Positions 33,640 through 43,531 of a stretch of 51,048 nucleotides of DNA are shown here, in pieces. The first letter of the stretch is position 1. Each line of letters opens with the position of its first letter. The position numbers were made by a program, and so were the translations under genes. This stretch comes from a virus (Duplodnaviria > Caudoviricetes). The notes beneath the pieces are model-generated. The model made no database searches and was not told the origin of the DNA. It saw nothing but the letters and a program-made list of their open reading frames with translations. The stretch covers positions 1 to 51,048 of the IMG/VR virus record IMGVR_UViG_3300005099_000077; one strand, given 5' to 3'.

Positions 33640-36369
33640 ATGAGGCAAGGACACATTCTAGGGCAAGGCACGAATACGCCTACGCGCTATGCTGTCTGCT
33701 TCCAGGTGGACGCCGACAAATACCTGAAACACGTCAGCGTTCCTTTGGCCCGGCTGCCTTGCGGCGGTACAACCGAACTCAGCGTTTTACGCTGGGAGTT
33801 GCGCGAGGGCACGGCGGCAACCGTTGCTGGGCTGAATGGGTCAACCAAAATTACTGAAGGGACGTGGACGTTTAACAATGATGATGTTTGGCCCCCGTAT
33901 TGTATGATTTGGAAAACGGCGGTCTTCCCCGACCCCGTTTTATGCGAGGCCGATAAGTATTATTTCTTCGTTGTCTACTCAGGGGCAGACAGCCAAAACT
34001 TAAAATACTGTGCGGCCTGGTATGATGTTGGCTACAACACTGACGACCCTGACCTTGTTTCCTTCAAATACGAGGGGGGCTGGTCACAGATTTCCGGTTG
34101 GGACTTAGCCCTCCTCGTTAACGATGACCAGGCGGGCGTCAAGTATCACGTGGTTGTGGACGGCGTAGGTTATATGACGCCCCATAACCTGCGGAGTTAT
34201 AGCTGCCAACTTGCCTCGCAGTTTGGGGCCGGACTACGCGGCGGAATGGAGAAGCACTCCGACCTTACTTACCCCTACTCATCCTTCTCCCAGGATACCT
34301 GGAAGCACGGGATGGGGTGGGAATACTTTGAAGACCCGGAAACTATGCGTTTCGGGTGGAATCTCGACTGCCGCGTAGAACATCAGGCCATCCTTGGGCC
34401 GGAGGCCAAGCTGACGGTCACCGACACAGCCTGGCCCTATCACATCTCCGACAAAGGCAAGATGATTGGCTTGCCCTGGACGGAGAAGGGCCAGAACGTT
34501 AAGTATATTGCACAGCAGTTTTCTACCGACCAGGTTGTGCGTTACCTGACTGTGCGCGTGCGCCGCACGCCTATCGCCCACGCACATACGCCTAACCTGA
34601 AAGTCGCTTTATATAACGACAATGGAGATAAGCCTGGCACTAAAATCGCTGAAGTAGACATCACGGGAATGACGGGCTGGGCTTTGCGCTGGGAGAGGGC
34701 GGACATTGCCGATTACACTCCCAGCGGCACGGAAAAACTGTGGCTCGTTGTTTACACAGACGAGGATTTCACTCAGCCATACTTCGAGGTTGTGGCCGAC
34801 CCGGAAGCTGGATATAGTGGCGGTAAGTGTATGTATTCGGCGGATGGTACCAACTGGACAGATGTGTCTAGCGAATACAGTCTCCAATTCCTTGTCAACT
34901 GGAATTTGTGGCCCGATGAGGAGGCTTTCTTCGCCGAATACAACGGGACACTTTATGTCGCCTGTGGTGAGACTATCTGGAAATGGAGTGAAACTGACCA
35001 AAAATGGTATGGTATCAAGACATTCTCCGGGCAAGTTGCCACATCAATGATTGTCTTTGACGATAAGTTATGGGTGGCATATGGCGACGGCAAGAACGTT
35101 GCCTATTATGATGGCACAACCTGGGTGGATGACGCTGGGTATAAAGCACACATTTTCTTCATAGGAAAGGGCTACTTATGGAAATCTAATGGTGATAACA
35201 CCATCAACTATTCCAACAATGGGACAAGTTGGAGTAGCCCTATTGCTGTGGGCGACAACACGTCCAAGGTAACCGGCTTCACTTTGTTCAATGACGTGGT
35301 TGTCGTCAGCAAGGAAGACGGTTTGTGGTATATTGACGATGACTGGCTGGCCCACAGCTACTTCAGTTACGAAGACCAAAAGCACGAGACCAACGGCAAA
35401 TACATTAAAACCTGGTCGGATAACGTATACATCAACATTCTCTCTGGCCTCTGGCGCTGGACGGGCAGTTCGGTTACAATGGTTGGCCCCGACCGAAGGG
35501 CAGGCTTACCTAAAGGGTTTGAAGGCCCGGTAACTCACCTGGTTTCGGCGGCCAACTGGTTATTTGCAGCCATAGACAGCGAGGGTTCAGGCTGGTCGCA
35601 CATTCTGGCCTACAACGGCATTGGCTGGCTTCCGCTTGTTAGCGGGTTTACTCACGATACGCGCATCCGGGGAATGACCTTTACCAGCACCATAGGCAAC
35701 GAATTGCGCCTGTGGTTTATGGACGCACAGCACATTCGTTACGTGAAATTTTCGCCCACTACCGAAAACCACTACGATTGGGAGGATGCGCGCTATGAAT
35801 TCTTCGGCTTGCTGCGGACGCCTTGGTGGAATGGTGGATTGTATGCGGCTAAGAAATATTTCAACGAAGTAACCGTAGAAGCTGATGTACCAGAGGGCAC
35901 GTGGATTGACGTTTATTATCGAATCAACGGCGAAGACACACTGTATTACCTGGGGACGATTTCTCAGTATTCTGGCACTAATACCCTCCACTTTGGCGAC
36001 GAAATCGAGGCTACGAGTATTCAGTTGGAGTTTCATTTCTATACCACCGATAACACCAAGACGCCGCGCTTGCGCAGCTACAACGTGGAGTGCTTAGTGC
36101 GTCCTGAGCCTGCTTATGTCCATTCAGTTACGTTGACCATCGCCGATGACTTAGAGCTAATGGACAGAACGCATTGCACTCGCAGCGCCGAAGAATTGTT
36201 AGAACATCTTAAGATTGCAGCAGCCAAGCCCGAACCCATCTTGGTCTCCTTCCCCTGGACAACTATCCGGGGCTGGATTTCGGCCTTGGTTTGCCAGGTC
36301 AATCAGTATAAGGAACACGGCGAACCCAAATGGGAACAGTTTGTTAATCTCAGCATTGTCGAGGCATAA
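33640..36369 (+). CDS. Tail nozzle / tubular protein B-like (beta-propeller) with two beta-sandwich appendages
   Basis: QDTWKHGMG, propeller repeats, C-terminal AAKKYF...TPRLRS; duplicated AxxF/AQQF...Y(WF)xVV domains. Confidence 0.7.
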   Translation: MRQGHILGQGTNTPTRYAVCFQVDADKYLKHVSVPLARLPCGGTTELSVLRWELREGTAATVAGLNGSTKITEGTWTFNNDDVWPPYCMIWKTAVFPDPVLCEADKYYFFVVYSGADSQNLKYCAAWYDVGYNTDDPDLVSFKYEGGWSQISGWDLALLVNDDQAGVKYHVVVDGVGYMTPHNLRSYSCQLASQFGAGLRGGMEKHSDLTYPYSSFSQDTWKHGMGWEYFEDPETMRFGWNLDCRVEHQAILGPEAKLTVTDTAWPYHISDKGKMIGLPWTEKGQNVKYIAQQFSTDQVVRYLTVRVRRTPIAHAHTPNLKVALYNDNGDKPGTKIAEVDITGMTGWALRWERADIADYTPSGTEKLWLVVYTDEDFTQPYFEVVADPEAGYSGGKCMYSADGTNWTDVSSEYSLQFLVNWNLWPDEEAFFAEYNGTLYVACGETIWKWSETDQKWYGIKTFSGQVATSMIVFDDKLWVAYGDGKNVAYYDGTTWVDDAGYKAHIFFIGKGYLWKSNGDNTINYSNNGTSWSSPIAVGDNTSKVTGFTLFNDVVVVSKEDGLWYIDDDWLAHSYFSYEDQKHETNGKYIKTWSDNVYINILSGLWRWTGSSVTMVGPDRRAGLPKGFEGPVTHLVSAANWLFAAIDSEGSGWSHILAYNGIGWLPLVSGFTHDTRIRGMTFTSTIGNELRLWFMDAQHIRYVKFSPTTENHYDWEDARYEFFGLLRTPWWNGGLYAAKKYFNEVTVEADVPEGTWIDVYYRINGEDTLYYLGTISQYSGTNTLHFGDEIEATSIQLEFHFYTTDNTKTPRLRSYNVECLVRPEPAYVHSVTLTIADDLELMDRTHCTRSAEELLEHLKIAAAKPEPILVSFPWTTIRGWISALVCQVNQYKEHGEPKWEQFVNLSIVEA

Positions 36370-36878
36370 TGGACTTACCTCGTTATCCCCGGTTTAAGAA
36401 AGGCGAAAGGCCAGATATTCCTCGTGGTACTCGCCTCGCCCGCGTGGGCCTGACCGAACGGGAAGCGTTATCGGCAGGGCCGTTTGAAGCCTCTGCCGCT
36501 GAAAGGGCAGTCTATGGCTGGCTTCAACGTCATAACATCCCGTTCGCATTTCAGGTTCCGGTGATGGGCGGGCGTTTGATTCCTGGCGGGGCTGTCCTGG
36601 ACTTTGTGATTTATCTCTCCCTTCCTCCCCTCGTCATCCGCGTTCAGTCATACTGGCATACTGACCCCGCCCAGGTAGAACTCGACGCCCTCCAAAAGGC
36701 CGTGCTTGAACGGGAGGGCTTTAGGGTCGAGGACATTTGGGAATGGGAAACGATGGATTATGTCCAGATGTCCCGACGCTTGTTTGAAATCATCTTCGGC
36801 TATGTGCCCCAAACGGCACCGATGCAGAAGACCTTCAAGCCCTGTCCTTATTCTTTTGACGAGGTTTGCCCTGACTGA
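36369..36878 (+). CDS. DUF559/Vsr-like endonuclease-fold protein
   Basis: SAAER..Y.WL, QVP..GG, LDFVI, VQSYWH, D...K..LE..GFRV..IWE. Confidence 0.7.
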   Translation: MDLPRYPRFKKGERPDIPRGTRLARVGLTEREALSAGPFEASAAERAVYGWLQRHNIPFAFQVPVMGGRLIPGGAVLDFVIYLSLPPLVIRVQSYWHTDPAQVELDALQKAVLEREGFRVEDIWEWETMDYVQMSRRLFEIIFGYVPQTAPMQKTFKPCPYSFDEVCPD

Positions 36879-39800
36879 TGGCTACGGTTTGTGACATTCT
36901 TAAAAAGCTTGAATTTCAAATTGATGATATTTACAAACGCCTGGCTGCTATTGGCGTGCGAGACACCACAGGCGAAGGGCAATTCACCGGCGCTTTGTGG
37001 GAAGTTTCTGACGACCAGATTGCCGTCTGGTCTAAAAACACTACACGTCCTCTCAGTTTCGAGGGCAGCGGCAAATGGGCGCGCCTGAAAGCGGGCCGGA
37101 TTGAGGCGTATGGTGACGCCTTTGAGTTCAAATCCGGCGCGTCAGGCGCGCGCATTCTTATAGACAGCCAGGGCTTGCGCCTGTACAGCGACACAGAAGA
37201 GACTGTTAAACTTGACGCTACTACGGGCGATGCAACCTTCAAGGGCACGATTCACGCCAGCGCAGGTGATATAGCTGGCTGGACAATTGGCGCGGACAAG
37301 TTATACAAGAACAACGCCGAACTGCGTAGCAGCGGCGAACTCGTCTTAGGGACAGGCAGCGAGATAGTCTTCCTCTCTGCTGTGAACGATACCTTCCGCC
37401 TGTGGGTTGGAGATGAAAACCCCACCGATGCCCCATTCAGCGTCCAGAAGACCGGTCATCTCTATTCCAGCAAAGGGCAAATCGGCGGTTGGACAATCGC
37501 TGAAACTTATCTACAAGGCGGTGGCATTAAGCTGGATGCAACCCAGGCTAAAATTGAGGTTGGTTCAGGTGCTAACATCGTTATTGATGGCACCAATAAG
37601 CTTATTAAAACCTCGAACTTCTCTAGCGGTATACGTGGCTGGCAAATTAACTATGACGGAAACGCTGAATTTAATAACGTCCTCTTGCGTGGTGAATTAC
37701 AAGCTACTGTCTTACGTCTGAATGTGGCCCAATGTTTGGGCAGTCTTTTCTATGTAATGCCTGCCACGAAGCTAATTGCCGATGTCAGCCCAACTGATAC
37801 TACGATTGATGTCGCCGATAACATTTTTGAAGCAGGCGATTATATTTACCTTCACCCCGCTGCTGACCGGACTGAATGGATGAAAATTACTGATAATGGG
37901 ACATCCATTAGCGGAGGCTATCGTTACTCCGTTACCCGCGATTGTGATGGTGGTGGGGCCGATAGTTTCTATAAGGATGAGGGTGTCTTAAATACCGGCC
38001 AGCGCGGAGACGGCTGGATTGCCCTTGTTGGTGGTTTTACTTACCGACCCAACCGCATAGACATTGTTAAACGCGAAGGTTTCGCTCATTATGATTGGAC
38101 AACTAAGGTCAGCCTGGGTAATTTAAGTGGACTTTCCCACCCCCGCTTTGGGTCGCTGAGTGGTTATGGTTTGTTTGCCCAAGATGGTTACTTTACGGGC
38201 AAACTCCACGCAGCTAGCGGTAATATTGCAGGTTGGGAAATTACTGCTGACCGCATTCGTGGTAGTCAAGCATACTTAATGGACAACCACAATGCGCACC
38301 CTTACCCTTCTTATGCTCTTGTTACCGTCGGGTGTTTGGGCCGCTGCCAGTTAGCTCGCTGGCTAATTGAGGGGGAAGACAGCGTTCTGTCCGAATTCTA
38401 TCACCGGACGGATGGCGTGTGGCTGCGACACTTCGATTACATTGACCGCAGCAATTGGACGTGGAGTGCGGATTGGAATGACAGTCATCGCACTACACAC
38501 GGGCAGGATGAATACGGCAGCACGGGCCGTCATATGAATGACGCCTTCGCCTATCGCTACCATTATACAACTGAACCTTACTATTGGGAATTATTGGGCT
38601 ACCAACGGTGGTGGTTTGACCAAGGTGGACACTACACCGTCTACATCGAATACAATGATGGCTATGATTATAGTGACAACGAGAAATGGTATTACGATAG
38701 TATTTTCTGCTTCCGCCACCTTGTAGCTCATTGGATTCACCACGCAAAGAATTCAAGCACGGAGAAGGCCGAAGAGTGGCATTCAGCTAAACAATTCTAT
38801 GAGACATACCCGGCAGGTACGCGCTGGGATGACTTAACGGGGCTAGACAATGCAGCTAGAGCACGAGGACTAGCCAATGTTGCTGTTCTCTATGCGACAA
38901 AATACTACTACACTAATAGCACATCTGACCGGGACGAATGCACCCAACTGATTGATGATGTTAACAACCATTATAGTGATTGGGGGCAATCATTTGGGTC
39001 GCCTCTAGCCACATACTCCTTGATTCTGGCCGCCTGGCTCATTGATAAATACGCAGGCACAAACAAGCTCAGCGATATTCAAAGCAATATGACATCTGAG
39101 CTTAATTATTGGCACGGGCAAGAGCCAGAAAGCGGCTACGTTGACGACAGCAAAGCAGAAAGCAACGCTTGGACAGCAGCAGCCCTGTATATTGGTGGCG
39201 CAGCCTACGATAACTCAACGTGGAAGGATGATGGAAAGAAGTGGGCTTACTTCACCTTCTGCTGGCCCAGCGACAGTTACGGCGGCCTAACCAATAAGCA
39301 GACCATTTACGATGATAGTTCCTATATCGAACTAATGCCCGATGGTATTATCGGGTGGAATAATACAACCAAAGAGTTCTGGATTAGTGCTGCCGATGGT
39401 AAAGGATATTTCGCGGGTGGCGATGCAATCCTTAGTGATGAAGGTATTAAATTAAAGGACACCCTGGTTATTCGTTACCAGCCCACCGGTACGGATGACG
39501 TAGATGTACGCGCCACCCTGTCCATTGTCCAACCTATCCCCACCGGGGACACCGACGGACATTATCGCGGTGTATTTGGTGTGGCCGAAAGCAATTTGGC
39601 TGATGTTAACTTCAACAAATGTTTGATTGGTGTCTTTGGTTATGCTTACCACGCCAGCCCCGGCACAGCGCACGATATTCACGGTGTTTACGCGGAGGTT
39701 AACAAAGAGGATGGTGCTGGAACAGTTGCGGAATCTGCCGCATTCTCTGCCTATTTCCTGAACAAGGGCGGAGAAGTTACCACCGGTTGGTTATTCCGTG

Positions 39801-39985
39801 GGGTGGCGTGCAGCAATGCCGGAACAATTGGGACGATGTATGGTTTGTATATCCCCACGTTGTCCGGCAATACGCGCTTTGCTATCTACACAGAAGGGCT
39901 TGATGATATTGTGCAATTCGGCGGCGAAGTGCGTATGCGCGGCGCTGATTTGCACATTAACTGGCTAAACGCACGACCACGCTGA
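36878..39985 (+). CDS. Tail fibre/spike, part 1, with internal enzyme-like domain
   Basis: G.IAGWTI repeats, GDATFKGTI, GNAEFNNV; helical W/Y-rich insert at about 38270-39315. Confidence 0.8.
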   Translation: MATVCDILKKLEFQIDDIYKRLAAIGVRDTTGEGQFTGALWEVSDDQIAVWSKNTTRPLSFEGSGKWARLKAGRIEAYGDAFEFKSGASGARILIDSQGLRLYSDTEETVKLDATTGDATFKGTIHASAGDIAGWTIGADKLYKNNAELRSSGELVLGTGSEIVFLSAVNDTFRLWVGDENPTDAPFSVQKTGHLYSSKGQIGGWTIAETYLQGGGIKLDATQAKIEVGSGANIVIDGTNKLIKTSNFSSGIRGWQINYDGNAEFNNVLLRGELQATVLRLNVAQCLGSLFYVMPATKLIADVSPTDTTIDVADNIFEAGDYIYLHPAADRTEWMKITDNGTSISGGYRYSVTRDCDGGGADSFYKDEGVLNTGQRGDGWIALVGGFTYRPNRIDIVKREGFAHYDWTTKVSLGNLSGLSHPRFGSLSGYGLFAQDGYFTGKLHAASGNIAGWEITADRIRGSQAYLMDNHNAHPYPSYALVTVGCLGRCQLARWLIEGEDSVLSEFYHRTDGVWLRHFDYIDRSNWTWSADWNDSHRTTHGQDEYGSTGRHMNDAFAYRYHYTTEPYYWELLGYQRWWFDQGGHYTVYIEYNDGYDYSDNEKWYYDSIFCFRHLVAHWIHHAKNSSTEKAEEWHSAKQFYETYPAGTRWDDLTGLDNAARARGLANVAVLYATKYYYTNSTSDRDECTQLIDDVNNHYSDWGQSFGSPLATYSLILAAWLIDKYAGTNKLSDIQSNMTSELNYWHGQEPESGYVDDSKAESNAWTAAALYIGGAAYDNSTWKDDGKKWAYFTFCWPSDSYGGLTNKQTIYDDSSYIELMPDGIIGWNNTTKEFWISAADGKGYFAGGDAILSDEGIKLKDTLVIRYQPTGTDDVDVRATLSIVQPIPTGDTDGHYRGVFGVAESNLADVNFNKCLIGVFGYAYHASPGTAHDIHGVYAEVNKEDGAGTVAESAAFSAYFLNKGGEVTTGWLFRGVACSNAGTIGTMYGLYIPTLSGNTRFAIYTEGLDDIVQFGGEVRMRGADLHINWLNARPR

Positions 39986-41669
39986 CATTCGTTTCCACGA
40001 CCAGGGCGTAGATGATTGGGCAGCCATCCGCTTCGATAACGGCCACCTCTACTGGACAGAGGACAGCGGCAATACCTGGACACAATTTGGTGGGGGAGGT
40101 GGTGGAGGCGCACCGACCGACGCCCATTATGTGTTAACTCAGTCTAGCGGCGGCACATTACCAAATGAACACTTACTTCCGCAGATTGATGTCAACATCA
40201 TACCTGACGCCGACCTAACACGCGGTTTAGGTGACGCTGCCCACCGTTGGGACAGCTTACACGTTAGCCACATTTGGGGCGGTGACCAATGCGTTTTCCT
40301 GGATGACACCAACAAGCGTATTGAGTTTTACGCTGATGGCGCAACCCGTGCTTACATCAATGCTAACGCCCTTGATTTAAGTCCACTGTCTACCCCCTCA
40401 ATCTGGTTAGACGGTAACGACGAGTTCCGCTATGATAAAACCAATGACCGCTTTGTATTTTACATCGGCGGAACTGCTTGTGTATTTATTCACGCTCACG
40501 CTCTTGATTTAACTCCATTATCTACCCCCTCCATTTGGGTAGACGGTAATGATGAATTTCGTTATGACAAGTCCAATGACCGCTTTGTGACCTACATTGG
40601 TGGGACGGAAGGTTTGTATATTGGTAATGAATATATTGCCCGCGCTGGGTTAGAAGGACGTGTAGGTATTTTAGGTGGCGCAGGTTGGCGTGGTGCAGAA
40701 ATCCAAGTCTTTGGCCCATCACATCCTAACCATCCTGGCTGCTTCTATCTCGACTTCGGCGATTATGGTGCGACTGCACCTAGCGGCGCACAAGGCTACG
40801 TGCGCTATCTAAATGACAGTAGTGCGACCACTATCTTTGAGTGGTTGAGCAATCAGGTCAAGTCGCACGTTGACTTTGATGTGTCGGGCAACATCACCGT
40901 TTCTGGCACAGTGGACGGTGTGGACATCGCAGCCTTTAAATCTTCGTATGATAGTCACGTTGGGGACGCCAATGCCCACCACGAGAAGTTCACTGCCGCT
41001 GACCACGATGCACGTGACCATAGTGCTGTGGCCGATACAATTGGTCTAAATGAGTTAGGTAATAGGCAATGTGACAGCGACCAACCAATATATTGGGGCG
41101 GAAATGACCTCTACATTGTTGGTAAACAAGGCAGCCCCGATATGTTAGACTTTTATACTGCTGGTTCGCTGCGGCTACGTATTCAGGATAACGATACTGT
41201 TTCGTGTCAGAACTTCTGGCCTTCGCCTGACGGAAGCTATACGCTGGGTAAATCTAACCGGCGCTGGACAGGCATTTATGGCCAGCATTTCTACAAGGCC
41301 AGCGGGTCGAATAACTACGAGTTAGGTGTTCATTATATTGACCCGACTTACGTGGATAGAGATAACTACGATGCCAACACCTGGTATACTGAAACGGCTC
41401 CGGATTCCGTTCCCTCTGGTGCAACAGCAATTTTGGTTAAAGTCACTATCCGGGACGGTGCAGCAGGACGTTATGTTGTAATGTGCCACCCTAACCAGTC
41501 TGGCGCAACCTATTGGTATCAGACAAACTGCGTTCGCACGCAAGTCGCTAACACTTACATAGACGGTGTATTTATTGTGCCCATTGATAGTAACCGTCAG
41601 TTCAAATGGTATAAAACCGTAGCCAACGGTAGTTACTTTAAATACGGAGTGTTTGGTTACATAATGTAG
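39969..41669 (+). CDS. Tail fibre, part 2 (frame open from 39969, no own RBS/start)
   Basis: Frame reads HDHADIRF...GGGGGAPTDAHYV upstream of the called start; GTVDGVD, SHVGDANAHH, VPSGATAILV fibre motifs. Confidence 0.8.
   Translation, partial: THDHADIRFHDQGVDDWAAIRFDNGHLYWTEDSGNTWTQFGGGGGGGAPTDAHYVLTQSSGGTLPNEHLLPQIDVNIIPDADLTRGLGDAAHRWDSLHVSHIWGGDQCVFLDDTNKRIEFYADGATRAYINANALDLSPLSTPSIWLDGNDEFRYDKTNDRFVFYIGGTACVFIHAHALDLTPLSTPSIWVDGNDEFRYDKSNDRFVTYIGGTEGLYIGNEYIARAGLEGRVGILGGAGWRGAEIQVFGPSHPNHPGCFYLDFGDYGATAPSGAQGYVRYLNDSSATTIFEWLSNQVKSHVDFDVSGNITVSGTVDGVDIAAFKSSYDSHVGDANAHHEKFTAADHDARDHSAVADTIGLNELGNRQCDSDQPIYWGGNDLYIVGKQGSPDMLDFYTAGSLRLRIQDNDTVSCQNFWPSPDGSYTLGKSNRRWTGIYGQHFYKASGSNNYELGVHYIDPTYVDRDNYDANTWYTETAPDSVPSGATAILVKVTIRDGAAGRYVVMCHPNQSGATYWYQTNCVRTQVANTYIDGVFIVPIDSNRQFKWYKTVANGSYFKYGVFGYIM
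40368..40606 (+). repeat. Tandem 132-nt (44-aa) repeat in tail fibre
   Basis: ALDLxPLSTPSIWxDGNDEFRYDKxNDRFVxYIGGT twice; differences mostly synonymous. Confidence 0.9.
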
Positions 41670-41679
41670 GAGGAGGGAA

Positions 41680-42039
41680 ATGAAAAAACAAAAGAAAAAG
41701 CAACAGATTTTAGAGGAGACAGCACAACTTCTCGCTTGTGAGCCAAAGGATGTGCCCGCACGTGTGCGCACAATCCTGGACATTGTGCAACAACCCTGGG
41801 CAGTTGTTGCCATTACATTCCATCCTGACATAGACGCATTGCCTGTCGTGGCATATCAGGGCTTGCCCCCCGGCAAAGCGGGGTTGCGCTTGTTGCAGCG
41901 TAAGTTACTTGCGGTTGTTGGGGCAATCACTGACACGCTTGACCGTCTCGATAAACAAGAGCAGGCAATGCAGGAGGTCAACGATGAACGAGACACAGCT
42001 AGAACATCGTCTGACGAAAATCGAGACGAAGCTGGATGA
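41680..42039 (+). CDS. Hypothetical protein after tail fibre
   Basis: 119 aa; RBS AGGAGGAGG. Confidence 0.7.
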   Translation: MKKQKKKQQILEETAQLLACEPKDVPARVRTILDIVQQPWAVVAITFHPDIDALPVVAYQGLPPGKAGLRLLQRKLLAVVGAITDTLDRLDKQEQAMQEVNDERDTARTSSDENRDEAG

Positions 42040-42173
42040 CCTGGTAGAATTGTATGAACAAATCAGGTCGAATGAACAAAAACATATGCTCATTCTTAGT
42101 CGTTGGCGCGCTTGCCCTTGGGGAGGGGGCAGCACGGATTCTTCCTGTGCTCCTCAAGGCGCTTGGCGGCTAG
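41984..42173 (+). CDS. Coiled-coil plus TM lysis-associated protein (XhlA-like), apparently +1 frameshifted
   Basis: MNETQLEHRLTKIETKLDDL... then +1 frame FLVVGALALGEGAARILPVLLKALGG*. Confidence 0.6.
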
Positions 42174-42194
42174 CGATGAGAAGGAGGGAAAACT

Positions 42195-42386
42195 ATGTGG
42201 GAGAAAATTCGTGACTGGTTTAAGGAGAACAAGAGCGCGCTCTTCTTCGCCTTAGCCGTCATCGTTGCTATCGCCAACTACTTCGGGTTCAAAGAGTTTG
42301 AGCTTCCGCCCGAAGTTCTCACTCTCATTACCATCATCCTGGGCTGGCTCTTCCCGAAGGCGGCGAAGAAGGCACAAATGCTGTAA
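42195..42386 (+). CDS. Holin (2 TM)
   Basis: 63 aa, two TM helices, basic C-terminus, last gene of the late operon. Confidence 0.7.
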   Translation: MWEKIRDWFKENKSALFFALAVIVAIANYFGFKEFELPPEVLTLITIILGWLFPKAAKKAQML

Positions 42387-42390
42387 AGAA

Positions 42391-42426
42391 GAAAAGGGGG
42401 CGCTATGCCCCCAGCGCCCCCTTTTC
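42391..42426. terminator. Bidirectional intrinsic terminator between convergent arms
   Basis: GAAAAGGGGGCGCT/AGCGCCCCCTTTTC with T tracts on both strands. Confidence 0.85.
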
Positions 42427-42639
42427 TTTCAATACCTGCCTTGTAACCAGCAGGTCATACAGCGTTTGCTTTGCTTCTTCCCCCTCTAACTTCTCACGTA
42501 TTACCAGGTAGGCCAGTAATCCCTCCTCTTTGTTAGGTGGCTTGAGGCTTTGAATGAACTCATCCGCCGCCTCTTTCTTCGTCACGAAGAGGTTTACTGC
42601 TACGTGATAGATGATGGGGGAAGCCGGTCTTCCCTCCAT
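42403..42639 (-). CDS. Hypothetical protein
   Basis: Start MEGRPAS behind GGAGGAGGG. Confidence 0.65.
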   Translation of the reverse strand: MEGRPASPIIYHVAVNLFVTKKEAADEFIQSLKPPNKEEGLLAYLVIREKLEGEEAKQTLYDLLVTRQVLKEKGALGA

Positions 42640-42814
42640 CTTCCCTCCTCCTTTGGCCCTGCGGTGTGGCCCCAACCGCAGGGCCTTCTTTTATATCTAT
42701 CACAAGTTTGACTGGCGTAGGGTATCTTCCATGTGGCTGGACTTCAATGTATAGCTTGTTGCCCAGCCGAATTTTTCTCAAGTAACCGTTGGTCACCCTA
42801 ACCCTAGGCGTCAT
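42560..42814 (-). CDS. Hypothetical protein
   Basis: ATG behind AAGGAGGAGG; 3' end uncertain because of a long overlap. Confidence 0.55.
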   Translation of the reverse strand: MTPRVRVTNGYLRKIRLGNKLYIEVQPHGRYPTPVKLVIDIKEGPAVGATPQGQRRREDGGKTGFPHHLSRSSKPLRDEERGGG

Positions 42815-43178
42815 TCCTCCTCCTTCGGGGCAAAGACCATTACGGCAAATACATCGCCTTCAATTTCCCTTTCTAGCTGTCCGGCCACCATAAACGTGCA
42901 GTGCCCATCATAATATTCCTCTTGTTCGCCCACGATTGAGAACACCAACACCGGTGTCCCCGGTGCCAGACTGAGTTGGGCCTGGTCGCTACGGATGAGG
43001 CAACAGGAAAGAATTGAAGGAGAAGTTCAAACAATTCTGGCAGATGGTGGTCGTCTAAGCCCCGTTCTTGCTCGATGATTTTCTTGAGAATTTCCCGCAC
43101 AACAGCGGGCAAGACGGTGCCGTAATGGTCAGCCAATTCCTCCAATGCTGTGATGACACAGTAGAAATCTTCCTCCAT
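42811..43178 (-). CDS. Hypothetical protein, apparently -1 frameshifted near 43010
   Basis: Alternate frame LIRSDQAQLSLAPGTPVLVFSIVGE...APKEEE* ends in an ATGA overlap with the next gene. Confidence 0.6.
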
Positions 43179-43190
43179 TTTTCCTCCTTC

Positions 43191-43493
43191 CTAGCTGGCC
43201 CCGTGGACGGTGCGTAAGTGGTCGGCGAACTCCGACAAACTATGGAATTGGGCAACCACTCCCCGTTGGTGACAAAGAGGACAGAGATATTCGAGAGCCT
43301 GCGGGTTGTATTCCACAGCTTCAAACCCCTGAATCAGGCCCGGCACACGAACATCCCGATGTTCTTGAGTGGTAGCCGGGTTTGCGCCGTGTTTTTCCAC
43401 AAGGTGAAACGCAAAGACATTCCACCCTATCATTTCGCCACATAAAGGGCAACGCACTGAGACAATCGCTTGTGGTCTATTTACTGTAACCAT
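43191..43493 (-). CDS. Double C2H2 zinc-finger protein
   Basis: CPLC...HLVEKH and CPLC...HLRTVH; start MVTVN behind GGGAGGT. Confidence 0.75.
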   Translation of the reverse strand: MVTVNRPQAIVSVRCPLCGEMIGWNVFAFHLVEKHGANPATTQEHRDVRVPGLIQGFEAVEYNPQALEYLCPLCHQRGVVAQFHSLSEFADHLRTVHGAS

Positions 43494-43531
43494 AATTACC
43501 TCCCGTGTAACTTTTGTTACACAAAACAGGA

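Noticed and set aside
40368-40606. Diversity-generating retroelement TR/VR pair
   Set aside because: The repeats are in-frame and tandem, differences are not adenine-specific, and no reverse transcriptase is encoded
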